The notes under the pieces were generated by a model, which saw only the letters and a program-made list of their open reading frames with translations, did no database searches and had not been told where the DNA came from. Below are positions 62,333 to 64,000 of a DNA stretch of 64,000 nt, one piece after another (positions within the stretch are counted from its first letter, which is position 1; each line of letters starts with the position of its first letter). The stretch lies in NCBI GenBank assembly GCA_000002445.1, contig CM000207.1, forward strand, positions 800,001 to 864,000, in the 5' to 3' direction. Both the position numbers and the translations under genes were made by a program. The DNA is from Trypanosoma brucei (lineage: Eukaryota).

Positions 62333-64000
62333 TGATGCGTCTTCACTGTAAAGGGGATGCAGACTGAAAAAAGGAAAGCAAAGTACAACGGAGGCTGAAA
62401 CTTAAACCAAAAAAAAATAATTATAACAAAACAAAAAGAAAAGATACAAAATCAAGGAAGAGAAAAGAAGAAGAGAGAGGAGCGTAAAGTAAAGGGAAGG
62501 AATGGTGGGCGAGACTGGGATGCACGAGTATAATAACGAGCAAACGGTAAACCTGCATTTTTAAATGTCGTTAATAAGCTGGGGGGATAGGCGACGAAAA
62601 GGAAAAGAGAATCAAGTGTTGATTGCGGAAGCGGACCGCGGGAGGAGAGAAGAGAGATGCTGTGTGAAACTATTATTTAAACAGAGAGAAAGTCAGAGGA
62701 GGTCGACGGGAAGGGGAGGTACCTTTTCCTTGTTTGTGTTCATGTGTGTGCTATTGTGCTAAAGGAGCTGGAGGGGATGTGGATGTGGGTGACACTGGGT
62801 CGACGCCTCTTCATCCTCTCCTTCGTTAATATCTCTTAAGTTCCTTGAAGCAATCACGACAAGATCACTCACAATCAAATTTTTGAGGGTGAGAATAAGA
62901 ACAAACTGGAGGAGGAGAGGGGTGGGTGGAAGGATGGGATTGAGGACCAAGGACTGATGAGGGGGGAGGCGTTTCATCGAGTCACAAAAAATGTTAGGGG
63001 TGAACCCACTGCAACCGCGCTCACCCCCACGCACGCTCTCACGTGCACATGTGTGTGTGTGTGTGCTTGTCCTCTGCTCCCGTGCCGTCTTTCCTTCCCC
63101 GTCTCCTTGGTGTCAATAATATCTAACACATTTTCAACTCTTTCTAACTACGCTTCCGCATATTTTCCGCCTTCCCTTACCCCTTGAGGAAATATGAAAC
63201 GCTTATATAATGTGGTTCACGTACATGTGCCTTTTTGTCGTTAAATACCCTCTTATTCCATGGTCGCGGGAGCGCATATGCTTTTGATTAGTTGTCCTAT
63301 GTTTTCCCTTTAACTGTTTCTTTCTTAGAGTTCTGTCACTTTCACTGGCGCATGCATGCGTACGTCTGTGGAAAGTCTTAGGCTTCAGAAGGGTTAAATG
63401 AAACTTTGAGACCGACGAAGCGGCCCATGTCGGCAATCCAGCGGTGCACCACCGCCAAGTGAATTATTCGGTCAAGCTGGGTGTGAAAGGCATTTGGTAT
63501 AATCCCATCCTTTCACAATAAAGAGACAAGCACCGAATATGTTTTTTTCCTTTTTGATACGTTTTTAGATGAATTCTGCATAGACATGCGTGTGGAGTAC
63601 CTGTTGGCAGTTGCTCCATTTATTTCACTAACTTTCTTCGATTTGGTATCGGGTAGTTTACCTCTAGTCACGGTGCCTCCCCCTTTGTCCTTGTAGGTGC
63701 GACAAGAAGGAGACGCGCACTCACCATTGCGTGTATGCCATGTCTGAAACCAACCTTTTTGCCCCATTCACGTTCAATCACAAAAAAAAATCTCTCTTTG
63801 CTGCCTTACTGCTAGTTACTGCAATATATATATATATATATAGTCGCTTCATCTACTCGTCAAAGGAGGAAACCAGGGAAAATAAGAGGAGGGGGACGAC
63901 CAACTATTGGCAGTAATGGTCGTGGCATCGTGTCCGGGAAAAGTGCTGATTCTTGGTGGTTACCTAATAGTTGAGGAGCCAAATGTTGGTATTTCCGTAG

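Noticed and set aside
1-64000. Spliced-leader RNA gene or mini-exon (the T. brucei SL array is recalled to be on chromosome 9)
   Set aside because: The 39-nt SL sequence (…CTGTACTATATTG) and its reverse complement are absent from the window.

Overview
This window reads as a kinetoplastid (Trypanosoma) nuclear segment. It has long intron-less ORFs on one strand and polypyrimidine tracts followed by AG upstream of the ATGs, which is the trans-splicing layout. It carries an eIF4A of exactly 404 aa followed about 38 kb downstream by two tandem GAF-GAF cAMP phosphodiesterases of exactly 930 and 925 aa. That combination matches the T. brucei chromosome 9 eIF4AI to PDEB1/PDEB2 locus. This is a recollection from the translated sequence, not a search result.

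The window holds three transcription blocks:
- A plus-strand polycistron runs from coordinate 1 to about 25055. Its genes, in order, are a UBA3-like E1, two giant hypothetical proteins (one with a C2-like domain), a 495-aa hypothetical, eIF4AI, a Gly/Arg-rich hypothetical, a C2H2 zinc-finger protein and a six-TM potassium channel subunit.
- A single minus-strand gene (27895..29367) encodes an ESAG8-like leucine-rich-repeat protein. It sits between a convergent strand-switch region (about 25.1-27.9 kb) and a 7.6 kb gene-free divergent strand-switch region (29.4-36.96 kb). The divergent region has a marked GT-rich element on the plus strand at about 32.86-33.17 kb.
- A second plus-strand polycistron runs from 36962 onward. 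Its genes, in order, are condensin Cnd1, a Ser/Thr kinase with a C-terminal FYVE finger, a hypothetical, a CorA-like transporter with TMN in place of GMN, presenilin, TYW1 (radical SAM, short form), GINS Psf1, a hypothetical TM protein, an HMG-box protein, PDEB1, PDEB2 and SNU13.

The supplied ORF track calls GTG/TTG as Met. I therefore re-anchored gene starts to the first in-frame ATG downstream of the polypyrimidine tract, so starts are approximate.

The most notable structure is the PDEB1/PDEB2 tandem pair. The two genes are collinear at a constant +5171 bp offset. Their first ~200 codons are diverged. The 3' ~2.1 kb is near-identical and indel-free, broken by short hypervariable patches, which is a gene-conversion mosaic.

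I found no tRNA, rRNA, SL-RNA, CRISPR array or recognisable transposon. Intergenic regions carry many composite homopolymer and dinucleotide microsatellites.
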